This document shows, in pieces, positions 44,141 through 53,173 of a stretch of 64,000 bases of DNA. Every line of letters begins with the position of its first letter. Position 1 is the stretch's first letter. Source of the stretch: Patescibacteria group bacterium. GTDB lineage: Bacteria > Patescibacteriota > Patescibacteriia > UBA9570 > JAHJKD01. A model generated the notes under the pieces. The model saw only the letters and a program-made list of their open reading frames with translations. It had not been told where the DNA came from and did no database searches. The stretch is taken from assembly GCA_043798935.1 (NCBI GenBank), contig JAZDOC010000017.1:381-64380 (forward strand), written 5' to 3'. Both the position numbers and the translations under genes were made by a program.

Positions 44141-45284
44141 TCCGGTAGAAACATTTTTAAATTTACCAGCGTCAGCAAAAAATGTTTGTTTTTTGCATAG
44201 CCAACATAAAAGTATATTGGCCTATAATCCGGTAGCGAAATTTTCATCATTAAACAATATTAATGATTTTTATAAATTTGCCTCACAACATAAAGATAAA
44301 AAAATTATTGGTTTTATGAGTTATGATACGGCGTATAATTTATATAATATAAAACCCCAAGCGAAAAACGATTTGCATTTACCAAATATTTATTTTTTAG
44401 CATTTAGCGCTTGGCAGGAATTTAAAAATCCTAACATGGATTTCAATTTACCATTAAAAAAATATTCATCAGTAAACTTCCATCCGGTTATAAAACCAAC
44501 ACAGTACAAACAATCCTATCAAAAAATTAAAAAATACATTGAGCAAGGAGAAGTGTATCAGATTAATCTGACGCATCGTTTAGAAGGAAAAAGCGATATG
44601 CCGGCGCGGATTTTATTTGCTAACATTATTAAAACCAACCCCGCTGATTATTTAGCCTACATTGAAGGTGACGGATTTGAAGTATTGAGCGCTTCACCGG
44701 AAAGATTCATTAAAATCAAAAATAAGACAATTGAAACTTGCCCCATTAAAGGCACCCGGCCTCGCGGTAAAACCAAAGCTAAGGACTTGGCGTTAAAAAA
44801 GGAATTATTAGCAAGCATCAAAGAAGCGGCTGAGCTAAACATGATTACAGATTTATTGCGAAATGATTTAGGACAGGTAGCAAAAATTGGTAGCGTAAAA
44901 TTAGTTGGACATCGATTAATTAGTTCTTGCCCCACGGTCTGGCATACATATAGCCGGATTGTAGCTAAAATCGCCCTAAACCCGATTCAGGCACTTATTA
45001 CAATGCTACCAGGAGGATCAATTACAGGTTGTCCGAAAAAAAGAGCTTTTGAAATTATTGATGAATTAGAACCAGTTCGTCGCGGTATATACACTGGTGT
45101 TATTGGTCATATTGATCCTAAAACACAGAATTTAGATTTTAACATTGCCATCAGAACTGTAATTAAAAAGAAACATAAATTATATTTGCAGGTGGGCGGG
45201 GGGATAGTGTATGATTCTAAAGAGAAGGATGAATGGCAGGAGACTTTGGATAAAGCTCAATCGTTTATGAAAATTTTAAAATAG
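44127..45284 (+). CDS. pabB: Aminodeoxychorismate synthase component I
   Basis: YQINLT, SASPERF, PIKGTRPR (PIK is PabB-type), MITDLLRNDLG, PGGSITGCPK. Confidence 0.92.
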   Translation: MQKNNPVETFLNLPASAKNVCFLHSQHKSILAYNPVAKFSSLNNINDFYKFASQHKDKKIIGFMSYDTAYNLYNIKPQAKNDLHLPNIYFLAFSAWQEFKNPNMDFNLPLKKYSSVNFHPVIKPTQYKQSYQKIKKYIEQGEVYQINLTHRLEGKSDMPARILFANIIKTNPADYLAYIEGDGFEVLSASPERFIKIKNKTIETCPIKGTRPRGKTKAKDLALKKELLASIKEAAELNMITDLLRNDLGQVAKIGSVKLVGHRLISSCPTVWHTYSRIVAKIALNPIQALITMLPGGSITGCPKKRAFEIIDELEPVRRGIYTGVIGHIDPKTQNLDFNIAIRTVIKKKHKLYLQVGGGIVYDSKEKDEWQETLDKAQSFMKILK

Positions 45285-45290
45285 AAATTT

Positions 45291-46073
45291 ATGATATTGT
45301 TAATTAACAATAAATTTGTTCCCGAAACTAAAGCGGTTCTACCTATTAATTCCAGCATTTTACGTGGTTATGGTGTATTTGAAACACTGCGGGCGTATCC
45401 GGGAGCAAAGTTTTTTTTAGCTCAAAAACACATTGAACGTTTATTGGAAAGCGCAAAAAAAATTAATATTAAAATTACATATACTCCAAAACAGTTGCAG
45501 GCAATGCTTAAAAAAATAGCCAGTGTTCATTGTAAGCAAAATCAGTCAATCAGAATTATTGCATTACCAGAAATATTAATTTTAACAGCCGAAAACATAA
45601 CAGTACCAAATAAAATTTATAAAGGCGTAAAATGCATGAGTGTGTGCTGCGGACGTGCTTTACCGGAAATAAAATCCATCTCCTATCTGGCTTCTTTTAT
45701 TAGTCATGAGCGGGCAGCTAAATATGGCAATTATGATGCAGTTTTAACTGATGAAAAAGAATTTGTTTACGAGGGAGCATATAGTAATTTATTTTGGTTT
45801 GAGAAAAATACATTATGTACACGTCAGGATAAAATTCTTCCCGGAATAACCAGGTGGGTAATTTTACAAATTTGGCCTGGCCCGGTGAAATTGAAAAATA
45901 TTAAATTAAGTGAGTTATGTAAAAAATCAGAAATTTTTTTAACGTCCAGTTTGAAGAATATCGTACCGGTTATTAAAATAGATAAGCATATTATTGGTAG
46001 CGGGCAAGTTGGAAAGAGCACCATTAAATTAATGAATTTATTTAATCAATATATTAAGAAGACATTAAAATAA
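45291..46073 (+). CDS. pabC: Class IV PLP enzyme, probable ADC lyase
   Basis: GYGVFETLR, HIERL, KS..Y, EGAYSNLF, ILPGITR; follows pabAB. Confidence 0.75.
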   Translation: MILLINNKFVPETKAVLPINSSILRGYGVFETLRAYPGAKFFLAQKHIERLLESAKKINIKITYTPKQLQAMLKKIASVHCKQNQSIRIIALPEILILTAENITVPNKIYKGVKCMSVCCGRALPEIKSISYLASFISHERAAKYGNYDAVLTDEKEFVYEGAYSNLFWFEKNTLCTRQDKILPGITRWVILQIWPGPVKLKNIKLSELCKKSEIFLTSSLKNIVPVIKIDKHIIGSGQVGKSTIKLMNLFNQYIKKTLK

Positions 46074-46123
46074 TTGCATAAATAATTGAAAATAATTGAG
46101 AACGTAAGGAATATAATAAAATT

Positions 46124-46165
46124 TAAAACAGTAGAGACGCGATTAATCGCGTCTCTACTGTTTTA
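46124..46165. repeat. Perfect 42-bp palindrome with a GTAG REP-like core; probable bidirectional terminator
   Basis: TAAAACAGTAGAGACGCGATT|AATCGCGTCTCTACTGTTTTA between convergent pabC and tRNA. Confidence 0.88.
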
Positions 46166-46177
46166 TGAGTCGAAGTG

Positions 46178-46249
46178 TTGCGGGGGTGGGAGTCGAACCC
46201 ACGACCTGCTGGTTATGAGCCAGCCGAGCTGCCACTGCTCTACCCCGCG
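46178..46249 (-). tRNA. tRNA-Met(CAT), initiator type; CCA not encoded
   Basis: CGCGGGG-TA-GAGC..GCTC-G-GCTGG-CTCATAA-CCAGC-AGGTC-GTGGG-TTCGACT-CCCAC-CCCCGCA-A. C1:A72 mismatch, A11:U24 pair. Confidence 0.95.
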
Positions 46250-46282
46250 CTATGCTTAAACTATATTAAAGTATATGGCTCA

Positions 46283-47188
46283 TTATGTCAAATTATCGCA
46301 TTTATTTTTCCATTCATTATAATATAATTCACGTCGATCAAGCGGATATAATTTTAACATTGAATCATTAATAATAACGCGTGTATCTTTGTTCATTATT
46401 TTTTTTAATTCGGGTGATAGAGTCCGAAGCTGAATTTTTTTGTACAATTTGTCAAAAGAAAATAATTCTAATAATTTTTTCAGCCATCGCTCTAAAAAGC
46501 TTAATTTTATTTTTCGTCGGTCAGATAAAATCATGGGTTGCCAATTGGAAAGAGTTTTTTTAACCCAGGTATTTTGGCCAATAAATTTTTCCATGTAAGC
46601 ACCTTCATCATAAATAGGCATCAACTGAGTAATCCAGAATTTTAAATAAATATCATTGTCTAAGCATTGCAGGCTTTCTAAATTTAAATTATCTTCGGAA
46701 ATAAAAAAACTTAAACAAATAGTATTTTTTGTTTTTAGCTTAGTCGGCCGTAATTTAAGCAAGCTTACTAAGCCGGTCACGAAAAATCTAGTAGTCCAGG
46801 AATATTGGTTATCGGTAATAATGAATAAATCAATATCACTGGCATCGCGGGCATTACCGTAGGCTAGGGAATTGCAAACAGCAATCATTTTAACGTGCGG
46901 CATCATGGCTAATAAGCGTAAAATGAAACCACGCGAATTAAATTTATTTTCCGTAATTAAATAGCGTTTGGCGCGAGTTTCAATACATGATTCTCGCCCA
47001 GTTAAAAAATATAACCCATCTTTTTTAGTTACTTCGGAAATTTTTGTTAGCGCAGTATGTAAATCAGATAAACTGATTTTTTCCGGAAAATCAATTAACC
47101 ATTTATGTATTTCGAGTAATGTAAGCGGGTATTCGAAAATATCAAAATAAGCCAGAGTTTTTAATATACTACGCTTGATATTTTTCAT
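46283..47188 (-). CDS. Nucleotidyltransferase-domain protein
   Basis: Pol-beta-like NSLAYGNARDASDIDLFII motif; N-terminal TLAYFDIFEYPLT. Confidence 0.7.
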   Translation of the reverse strand: MKNIKRSILKTLAYFDIFEYPLTLLEIHKWLIDFPEKISLSDLHTALTKISEVTKKDGLYFLTGRESCIETRAKRYLITENKFNSRGFILRLLAMMPHVKMIAVCNSLAYGNARDASDIDLFIITDNQYSWTTRFFVTGLVSLLKLRPTKLKTKNTICLSFFISEDNLNLESLQCLDNDIYLKFWITQLMPIYDEGAYMEKFIGQNTWVKKTLSNWQPMILSDRRKIKLSFLERWLKKLLELFSFDKLYKKIQLRTLSPELKKIMNKDTRVIINDSMLKLYPLDRRELYYNEWKNKCDNLT

Positions 47189-47197
47189 AAAAATTAG

Positions 47198-50020
47198 TTA
47201 AATAATTTTTTTCAGATACTGGCCTGTATAGGAATTAGCAATCTTGGCTATGTCTTTTGGTGTTCCGGCGCCGACCACTATACCACCTTTATCGCCACCT
47301 TCGGGGCCCATGTCGATTATCCAGTCAGCCGATTTGATAACATCTAAATTATGTTCGATTACTAAAACGCTGTTGCCTTTATCAACTAATTTATTTAGAA
47401 CCAGTAATAATTTTTTTACATCTTCAAAATGCAAGCCGGTTGTAGGTTCGTCTAAAATATAAAGTGTTTTTCCGGTTGAACGGCGAGAAAGTTCCGAGGC
47501 TAGTTTTACTCTTTGGGCTTCACCACCGGAAAGAGTGTTAGCATTTTGGCCTAAAGTAATATAGCCTAAGCACACATCGCGCAGGGTTTGTAATTTTTCT
47601 TTAATAACTGCAATATTAGAAAAGAAATAATAAGCTTCTTCTACAGTCATTTCTAACACATTAGAAATGTTTTTACCGCGATAATGAATTTCCAGGGCTT
47701 GGTTATTATATCTTTTACCACTGCATTCATCGCATTTTACATAAACATCAGGCAAAAAATGCATTTCGATTTTTTGCATGCCATCACCCTGACAGGTTTC
47801 ACAGCGGCCACCTTTAACATTAAAAGAGAAACGGCCAGCTTTATAGCCACGCATTTTAGCTTCGGGGATTTGAGTAAATAAATCACGGATATATGTGAAT
47901 ACGCCTGTATAAGTAGCCGGATTAGAACGCGGTGTGCGCCCGATTGGTGATTGATCAATATGAATTACTTTGTCTAAATTTTCCAATCCCGCAATTTCTT
48001 GGTGCTTGCCGGCTAAGTCTTTGGAGTTATAAAAATGTCGTGATAGGGCTTTAGCTAGAATCTCGGTCATAAGAGTAGATTTTCCGGATCCGGAAACACC
48101 AGTGATACAAACGAGTTTGGCTAAAGGAATTTCCACATCGATTTTTTTCAAATTAAATTCTTCGGCTTTTTTAATAATAATATTTTTTTTATTACCCGGG
48201 CGATATTTTTTCGGACTAGGAATACTTACTCGGCCAGATAAATACTGCCCGGTTAAAGATTTTTTATTTTTCTTGATATCATCTGGACTGCCGGTGGCAA
48301 TAATTTCTCCGCCATCTTTTCCGGCACCCGGGCCAATATCAATCACCCAGTCGGCAGCTAAAATGGTTTCTTCATCATGCTCAACAACAATAACAGTGTT
48401 ATTCAGTTCTTTTAGTTTTTTCAATGTTTCAATTAATTTTTTATTATCTTTTTGATGTAACCCAATAGAAGGTTCATCTAAAATATAAATTACGCCGGTT
48501 AATGATGAGCCGATTTGAGTGGCTAAACGAATGCGTTGGGCTTCGCCACCAGAAAGCGTGGAAGCGCCACGATCTAAAGTTAAATAATCCAAACCAACTT
48601 TTTGTAAGAAATCTAAACGTAATTTGATTTCTTTTAAAATTTGGTGGGCAATTTTTTGTTGGCGATCATCTAATTTAATATTTATAAACCAGTTTATGGT
48701 TTTATCAATGGGCAGACAAGTGACGTCGGAGATACTCTGATCATTTATCGTGACTGATAAAGATGATTTTTTTAGACGTTGGCCATGACAAGCTGGGCAT
48801 TGAAAGATGCGCATATAGCGTTCGATTTCAGAACGAATATATTCGGATTCGGTTTCTTTATATCGACGGTCTAAATTAGGAATCACTCCTTCGTAAGTAG
48901 AATAAAATTCTTTAGCTTTATTTAAACCAAAAGGTGCATTTACATCGTAAGTTTGTGTGCCGGTTCCATATAGCACAATATCTAACGCTTTGCGACTTAA
49001 ATCTTTAATTGGTACGCGAGTTGAAAAACCATTTAAGTTGGCCACTTCTTCTAAAATTCTCATCATCCAGGCTTGGTTGGATGAAGTGCGCGACCATGGC
49101 CTAATTGCCCCTTCAGCTAAAGATAATTTTTTATTGGGAATTACTAATTCGGGATCAACTTCGAGCTTTGTGCCTAGCCCTGTACAATTCGGACAAGCAC
49201 CGTGCGGGCTGTTAAAAGAAAAAATGCGTGGTTCAATTTCAATTAATGAAATATCGCATTTGGGGCACGAATAATATTCGCTGAATAAAAAATCTTTTTC
49301 TAGTTTGGAATCATGAATAATCACTAAACCGTTAGCCAGTTCTAAAGCTGTTTCAATAGATTCTTTTAATTTATCTTTATTGGTTTTGTTTTTATCGATA
49401 CGATCAACAACAATGTCGATATTATGTTTTTTTAATTTATCTAAACTTAAATCTTCAGCTTCATCTATAGAATATAAAATATTGTCTACACGAATTCTAG
49501 TATAACCGGCTTTTCTGGCTTCAGAAAAAACAGCTCGGTGTTCACCTTTTTTATCGCGAATGATGGGTGCTACTACCATAATATCATCACCAAGCCCGGA
49601 AACTTTAGCGATAATTTGTTTTAAACTTTGTTTGGCAATTTCCTGACCGCATGAAGGGCAGTGTGGTGTACCTACGCGGGCAAATAATAAACGTAAATAA
49701 TCATAAATTTCTGTAATAGTACCAACAGTAGAACGAGGGTTATGCGAAACAGTTCTTTGGTCTATGGATATGGCCGGAGACAAGCCATCGATTTGATCCA
49801 CATCGGGCTTATCCATTAAACCTAAAAATTGTTTAGCGTAAGAAGACAAGCTTTCCACGTAGCGGCGTTGTCCTTCGGCGTAGATGGTATCGAAGGCCAG
49901 GGAAGATTTACCACTGCCGGACAAACCGGTAATCACCACTAATTGATTCCGCGGAATATTAATGTCGATATTTTTTAAATTATGAACGCGGGCGCCTTTA
50001 ATGGATATTTGTGGATGCAT
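47198..50020 (-). CDS. uvrA: Excinuclease ABC subunit A
   Basis: Two ABC ATPase sites ([18 protein letters not shown]), LSGGEAQR twice, Zn fingers. Confidence 0.99.
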   Translation of the reverse strand: MHPQISIKGARVHNLKNIDINIPRNQLVVITGLSGSGKSSLAFDTIYAEGQRRYVESLSSYAKQFLGLMDKPDVDQIDGLSPAISIDQRTVSHNPRSTVGTITEIYDYLRLLFARVGTPHCPSCGQEIAKQSLKQIIAKVSGLGDDIMVVAPIIRDKKGEHRAVFSEARKAGYTRIRVDNILYSIDEAEDLSLDKLKKHNIDIVVDRIDKNKTNKDKLKESIETALELANGLVIIHDSKLEKDFLFSEYYSCPKCDISLIEIEPRIFSFNSPHGACPNCTGLGTKLEVDPELVIPNKKLSLAEGAIRPWSRTSSNQAWMMRILEEVANLNGFSTRVPIKDLSRKALDIVLYGTGTQTYDVNAPFGLNKAKEFYSTYEGVIPNLDRRYKETESEYIRSEIERYMRIFQCPACHGQRLKKSSLSVTINDQSISDVTCLPIDKTINWFINIKLDDRQQKIAHQILKEIKLRLDFLQKVGLDYLTLDRGASTLSGGEAQRIRLATQIGSSLTGVIYILDEPSIGLHQKDNKKLIETLKKLKELNNTVIVVEHDEETILAADWVIDIGPGAGKDGGEIIATGSPDDIKKNKKSLTGQYLSGRVSIPSPKKYRPGNKKNIIIKKAEEFNLKKIDVEIPLAKLVCITGVSGSGKSTLMTEILAKALSRHFYNSKDLAGKHQEIAGLENLDKVIHIDQSPIGRTPRSNPATYTGVFTYIRDLFTQIPEAKMRGYKAGRFSFNVKGGRCETCQGDGMQKIEMHFLPDVYVKCDECSGKRYNNQALEIHYRGKNISNVLEMTVEEAYYFFSNIAVIKEKLQTLRDVCLGYITLGQNANTLSGGEAQRVKLASELSRRSTGKTLYILDEPTTGLHFEDVKKLLLVLNKLVDKGNSVLVIEHNLDVIKSADWIIDMGPEGGDKGGIVVGAGTPKDIAKIANSYTGQYLKKII

Positions 50021-50054
50021 ATTTTTGTAGGTAATTAATAATTTGAACTAAGAT

Positions 50055-50083
50055 ATTATAAAGCATAACTAGTGTCTGGTCAA
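50055..50083 (-). promoter_or_regulatory. Sigma70-type promoter of uvrA
   Basis: TTGACC-17 nt-TATAAT. Confidence 0.75.
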
Positions 50084-50141
50084 GCATTGCGTGCAAAAAA
50101 AATCAGACCAATTTATGGCCTGATAGAATAATGTTATTCTT

Positions 50142-51125
50142 TTAATTAAGCAAAGTGTATTGGCGTGGTGTTTTATCGAATAAAACAACATCGATAGCAT
50201 CAAGTAAACCATTGAATTGCTGTAATTCATCGGTGCTGAAATGCGCAACATAAGGATTTCCTGGATCATCAACGTTGCCAAAAACTAAGTATAAGCCACC
50301 ATCCACAGCTTTTACTATATGAAGTTTATTGTATTCAGTTTGTCCTAAATCATAAATGGATCGGCCTTTGTCGATTGTGGCCAAAACTTCAATTATTTGG
50401 GATTCATTTTGGAAAGCTTCACTTGGCTCGGTATGATCCTCATTATTTATTTGGTTTGTTTCAGGAGCATCAACCATGTTATGAGCAGATTCATTTGTGG
50501 CTTCAGAGTTGTTTTTTATTTCAGGTTGCTGTGTAGGAGTAGAATTAAAATCCGGCCTTACCTCTGGTTTTAATGGAGAAAGTTTTTGTTCTAAGTCGTA
50601 AATAATTTTTTGGATGTTGGCTAAATCAGAAACCGTGGCTACATCACTGTTTTTTAATTTTGCAGATATGGCTTTAGCTTGTTCTAATTGTTTGTCTAAG
50701 GGTAATGAAGAGTCAACATCGTTTGAGATAGCTTTGTTAACTACGGGTTTATTATTTTCTGGAATTACAGAAACGGGTATAATTTTTGGAGCTGGCATCG
50801 GCTCGGCTGGTGCTGGCTTTGATTCTTTAGGGGCTGAAGGAGTTGAAACCGTCGAGCCCGAAGTAATTTTTTGCATTTCAGCAGCTAATTTGTCTATTTT
50901 ATTTTGAAGACGCTCTTCCGACATCTCGGCCATGCTCTCGGCTTTTTTTAAAAAGGCGGCCTCGTTTTCAACTCCTTCTCTTTCTTTGTTAAAAACATCT
51001 AAATTTTCTTTTAGATTATTCCATTTGTTTTGGGCCACAGCTCTGATTTGTGGATCAGGATACAGCGCTTCCCAAGTAGGTTCTAGAATAGTGTTTTGGT
51101 TATTTTTTTGGTTATTATCAGACAT
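50142..51125 (-). CDS. Hypothetical protein (coiled coil, Pro-rich linkers, small C-terminal domain)
   Basis: 327-aa ORF; its N-terminal WEALYPDP module is homologous to part of the upstream PP2C protein. Confidence 0.7.
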   Translation of the reverse strand: MSDNNQKNNQNTILEPTWEALYPDPQIRAVAQNKWNNLKENLDVFNKEREGVENEAAFLKKAESMAEMSEERLQNKIDKLAAEMQKITSGSTVSTPSAPKESKPAPAEPMPAPKIIPVSVIPENNKPVVNKAISNDVDSSLPLDKQLEQAKAISAKLKNSDVATVSDLANIQKIIYDLEQKLSPLKPEVRPDFNSTPTQQPEIKNNSEATNESAHNMVDAPETNQINNEDHTEPSEAFQNESQIIEVLATIDKGRSIYDLGQTEYNKLHIVKAVDGGLYLVFGNVDDPGNPYVAHFSTDELQQFNGLLDAIDVVLFDKTPRQYTLLN

Positions 51126-51195
51126 AAATAAAAATGAAGAACTTAATCCTAAGTTTCTGAATTATACCGAATTGTTTTAATTAAGTAAAGGCTTA

Positions 51196-53090
51196 CTAAA
51201 TATTTTCAATGGTAGTATTTTGTTCAACCAAAACTCTCTCTAATAGAGCAATTAATTCTTGATAATATTCAGGAGTCTCCTTGGTGTTTGGAAGATTAGC
51301 TAGATTATTTTCGGCTCTCTTTTTTTGTGCAACTAATTCTCTAGTATTTTTATCAAGTACTCGTTTCCAAAGTGGCAAATCTTTAACAGATTTTTGTAAA
51401 TTATAAAATTCAATTACTAGTTTGCGTTGATGTTCAGGTATTTGCAGCCATCTTTCATAGGCACTAAGATTGTTAGGCTCTGCTTGCGCAATTTCTTTTT
51501 TAGGTTCTGCTTTTGCTTGTGGCCCATCATTTATTGAAGGAGCGTCAAATACAGGGTCGTCTGTCATTTCCCGCATTATCTCGTCAAAATCTTCAACAGT
51601 AGTAGTACTTGTTTTCGATTCATTATACACTGTTCTAAAATGTCTATCTTGTTGTTTAGCCCTATAAGGCCTTGGTTGTCTGGCTGTCTGAAAAAAGGAT
51701 TGTTCAGTGGGATTAAACAATGCTTCTTGATGGCCTTGATAGTTACCTTGGATAACGCTGGTTAATTCTTGTTCAATATATTGGAGGCTCTGCTTAAGTT
51801 CATGAGCCCGGCCGCGTATTTTTTCTATTAAATGTTTTATGTTTGTAATTTTTCCTTCCATGGCAGACAATTCTCGACTATGGCTTCGGTGGGTTTCCAT
51901 TAAATAATGATGATATTGCTTGGCTTGTTTTTTTAAATCAGGATCACTATAATGGCTTTCCCAATCATAGGCAAGCTCATGCCGATAAGCTATTAATGTG
52001 TCGTCATCTTTATCTGCTTTGCCAACTAAATTTAAAACTGTTTCTCTTAGCAATTGAACCATTATAACCGGATCTCCTTGAGCTTTATCAGCAATTTCCT
52101 GAATTTTTTTAATTCCGCTTAAACGAGATGCTGCGTCTATATTTGTAGAGCCATTTTCATAAGCAGGAATAGCATTAATTCTTAATGGGTCAGTTTCGCC
52201 GTCACAGCTTAATAATACAATATCGCCTTCTTCTAAAGTGAGCGAATGAGTGTTGATTAATACTACCGTTTCTCCCCCAACATCTTGTTCAAGTTTAGTA
52301 TTTTTTTGGGCTTCAATTTGTTCAGGGGCAATTATTTGTTGGTCTAATTTCTTTTGTGTTGCTGAATCTGGCGGAGTGGCAAAAACAACGCAGTAATGAC
52401 CACTGGAATCTTTTCTTAAAACCATTCCAATCGAATCTCCTATCCATGTAAAATTAGCCTGGTTATCAACAATTTCTATATTTAGTAAAGTTGAACCGTT
52501 TCCACGAAAACGAGCCTCTGTAGAGACGGTATCTATACAAGCCTCAACAGCATTTATAATTTGTTGATGTTCTTGAGCCGCTCTGGCAATGTTTGTTGTT
52601 ATTAAAGCACTAACTTCTTGCCCTTTGGAGCCTGTGCTGCGTCCATCAGCAATAGTTAAATTAATAATATAATCACCATGTTCATTGGTTGTTTCAGTAA
52701 TACTTAATGCATCATCGCATTTTCTTTTTTCCGATGACCGGCATCAAAACCAATATGGCTTTCAGCATACACACGGCCATGGCTGGCACGAGCGTCAATA
52801 ATTGTATGATGATTATGATTTTCTAAGCTGTTAATAGTGACTGGATGCTCGGCTAAATTTATAATAGTACGCCTGTCTATATCTGCTGAATTTTGGTTTT
52901 CATTTACATGCCCTGTGTTTATTAATAATCGTGGAGCATCAGGATTAACAACTAAAGATGGTTCTTCAGTAAAATCATCTATAGAACTGGGTGAAATTGG
53001 AGGTTTGGGCGGTCCATCAGGTAATCGACCTGTGCGCTGGTCTGTTGGTGGCGCCTTAGGTATTGGACCTTCAAATGGAGGAGGTGTCAT
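51196..53090 (-). pseudogene. PP2C/PPM-family phosphatase gene with a single frameshift at about 52720-52730
   Basis: First frame MTPPP...YAESHIGFDAGHRKKE; second frame (open from ~52794 to 51196) KCDDAL, TIADG, NGSTL, WIGDS, LLSCDG, KDDDT. Promoter TTGACA-17-TAAATT at 53159-53131. Confidence 0.8.
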
Positions 53091-53173
53091 ATTGTAATTT
53101 ATTATTAATAATAAATGTTTAAAACAAAACAATTTACATGATAATTATAACATTGTCAAGATTAGATAGGCAA

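Noticed and set aside
41220-46249. Folate operon as an island integrated at the tRNA-Met 3' end
   Set aside because: No integrase and no duplicated tRNA 3' end found at the other boundary.
52519-52539. TGTAGAGACGG..TCTATACA inside the PP2C gene as another embedded REP
   Set aside because: Only ~10 nt match with a weak right arm; could be chance.
52720-52733. Programmed -1 ribosomal frameshift at AAAAAAG
   Set aside because: The heptamer is not in the A_AAA_AAG phase of the upstream frame (it reads CGG AAA AAA GAA), and no clear stimulatory structure follows.
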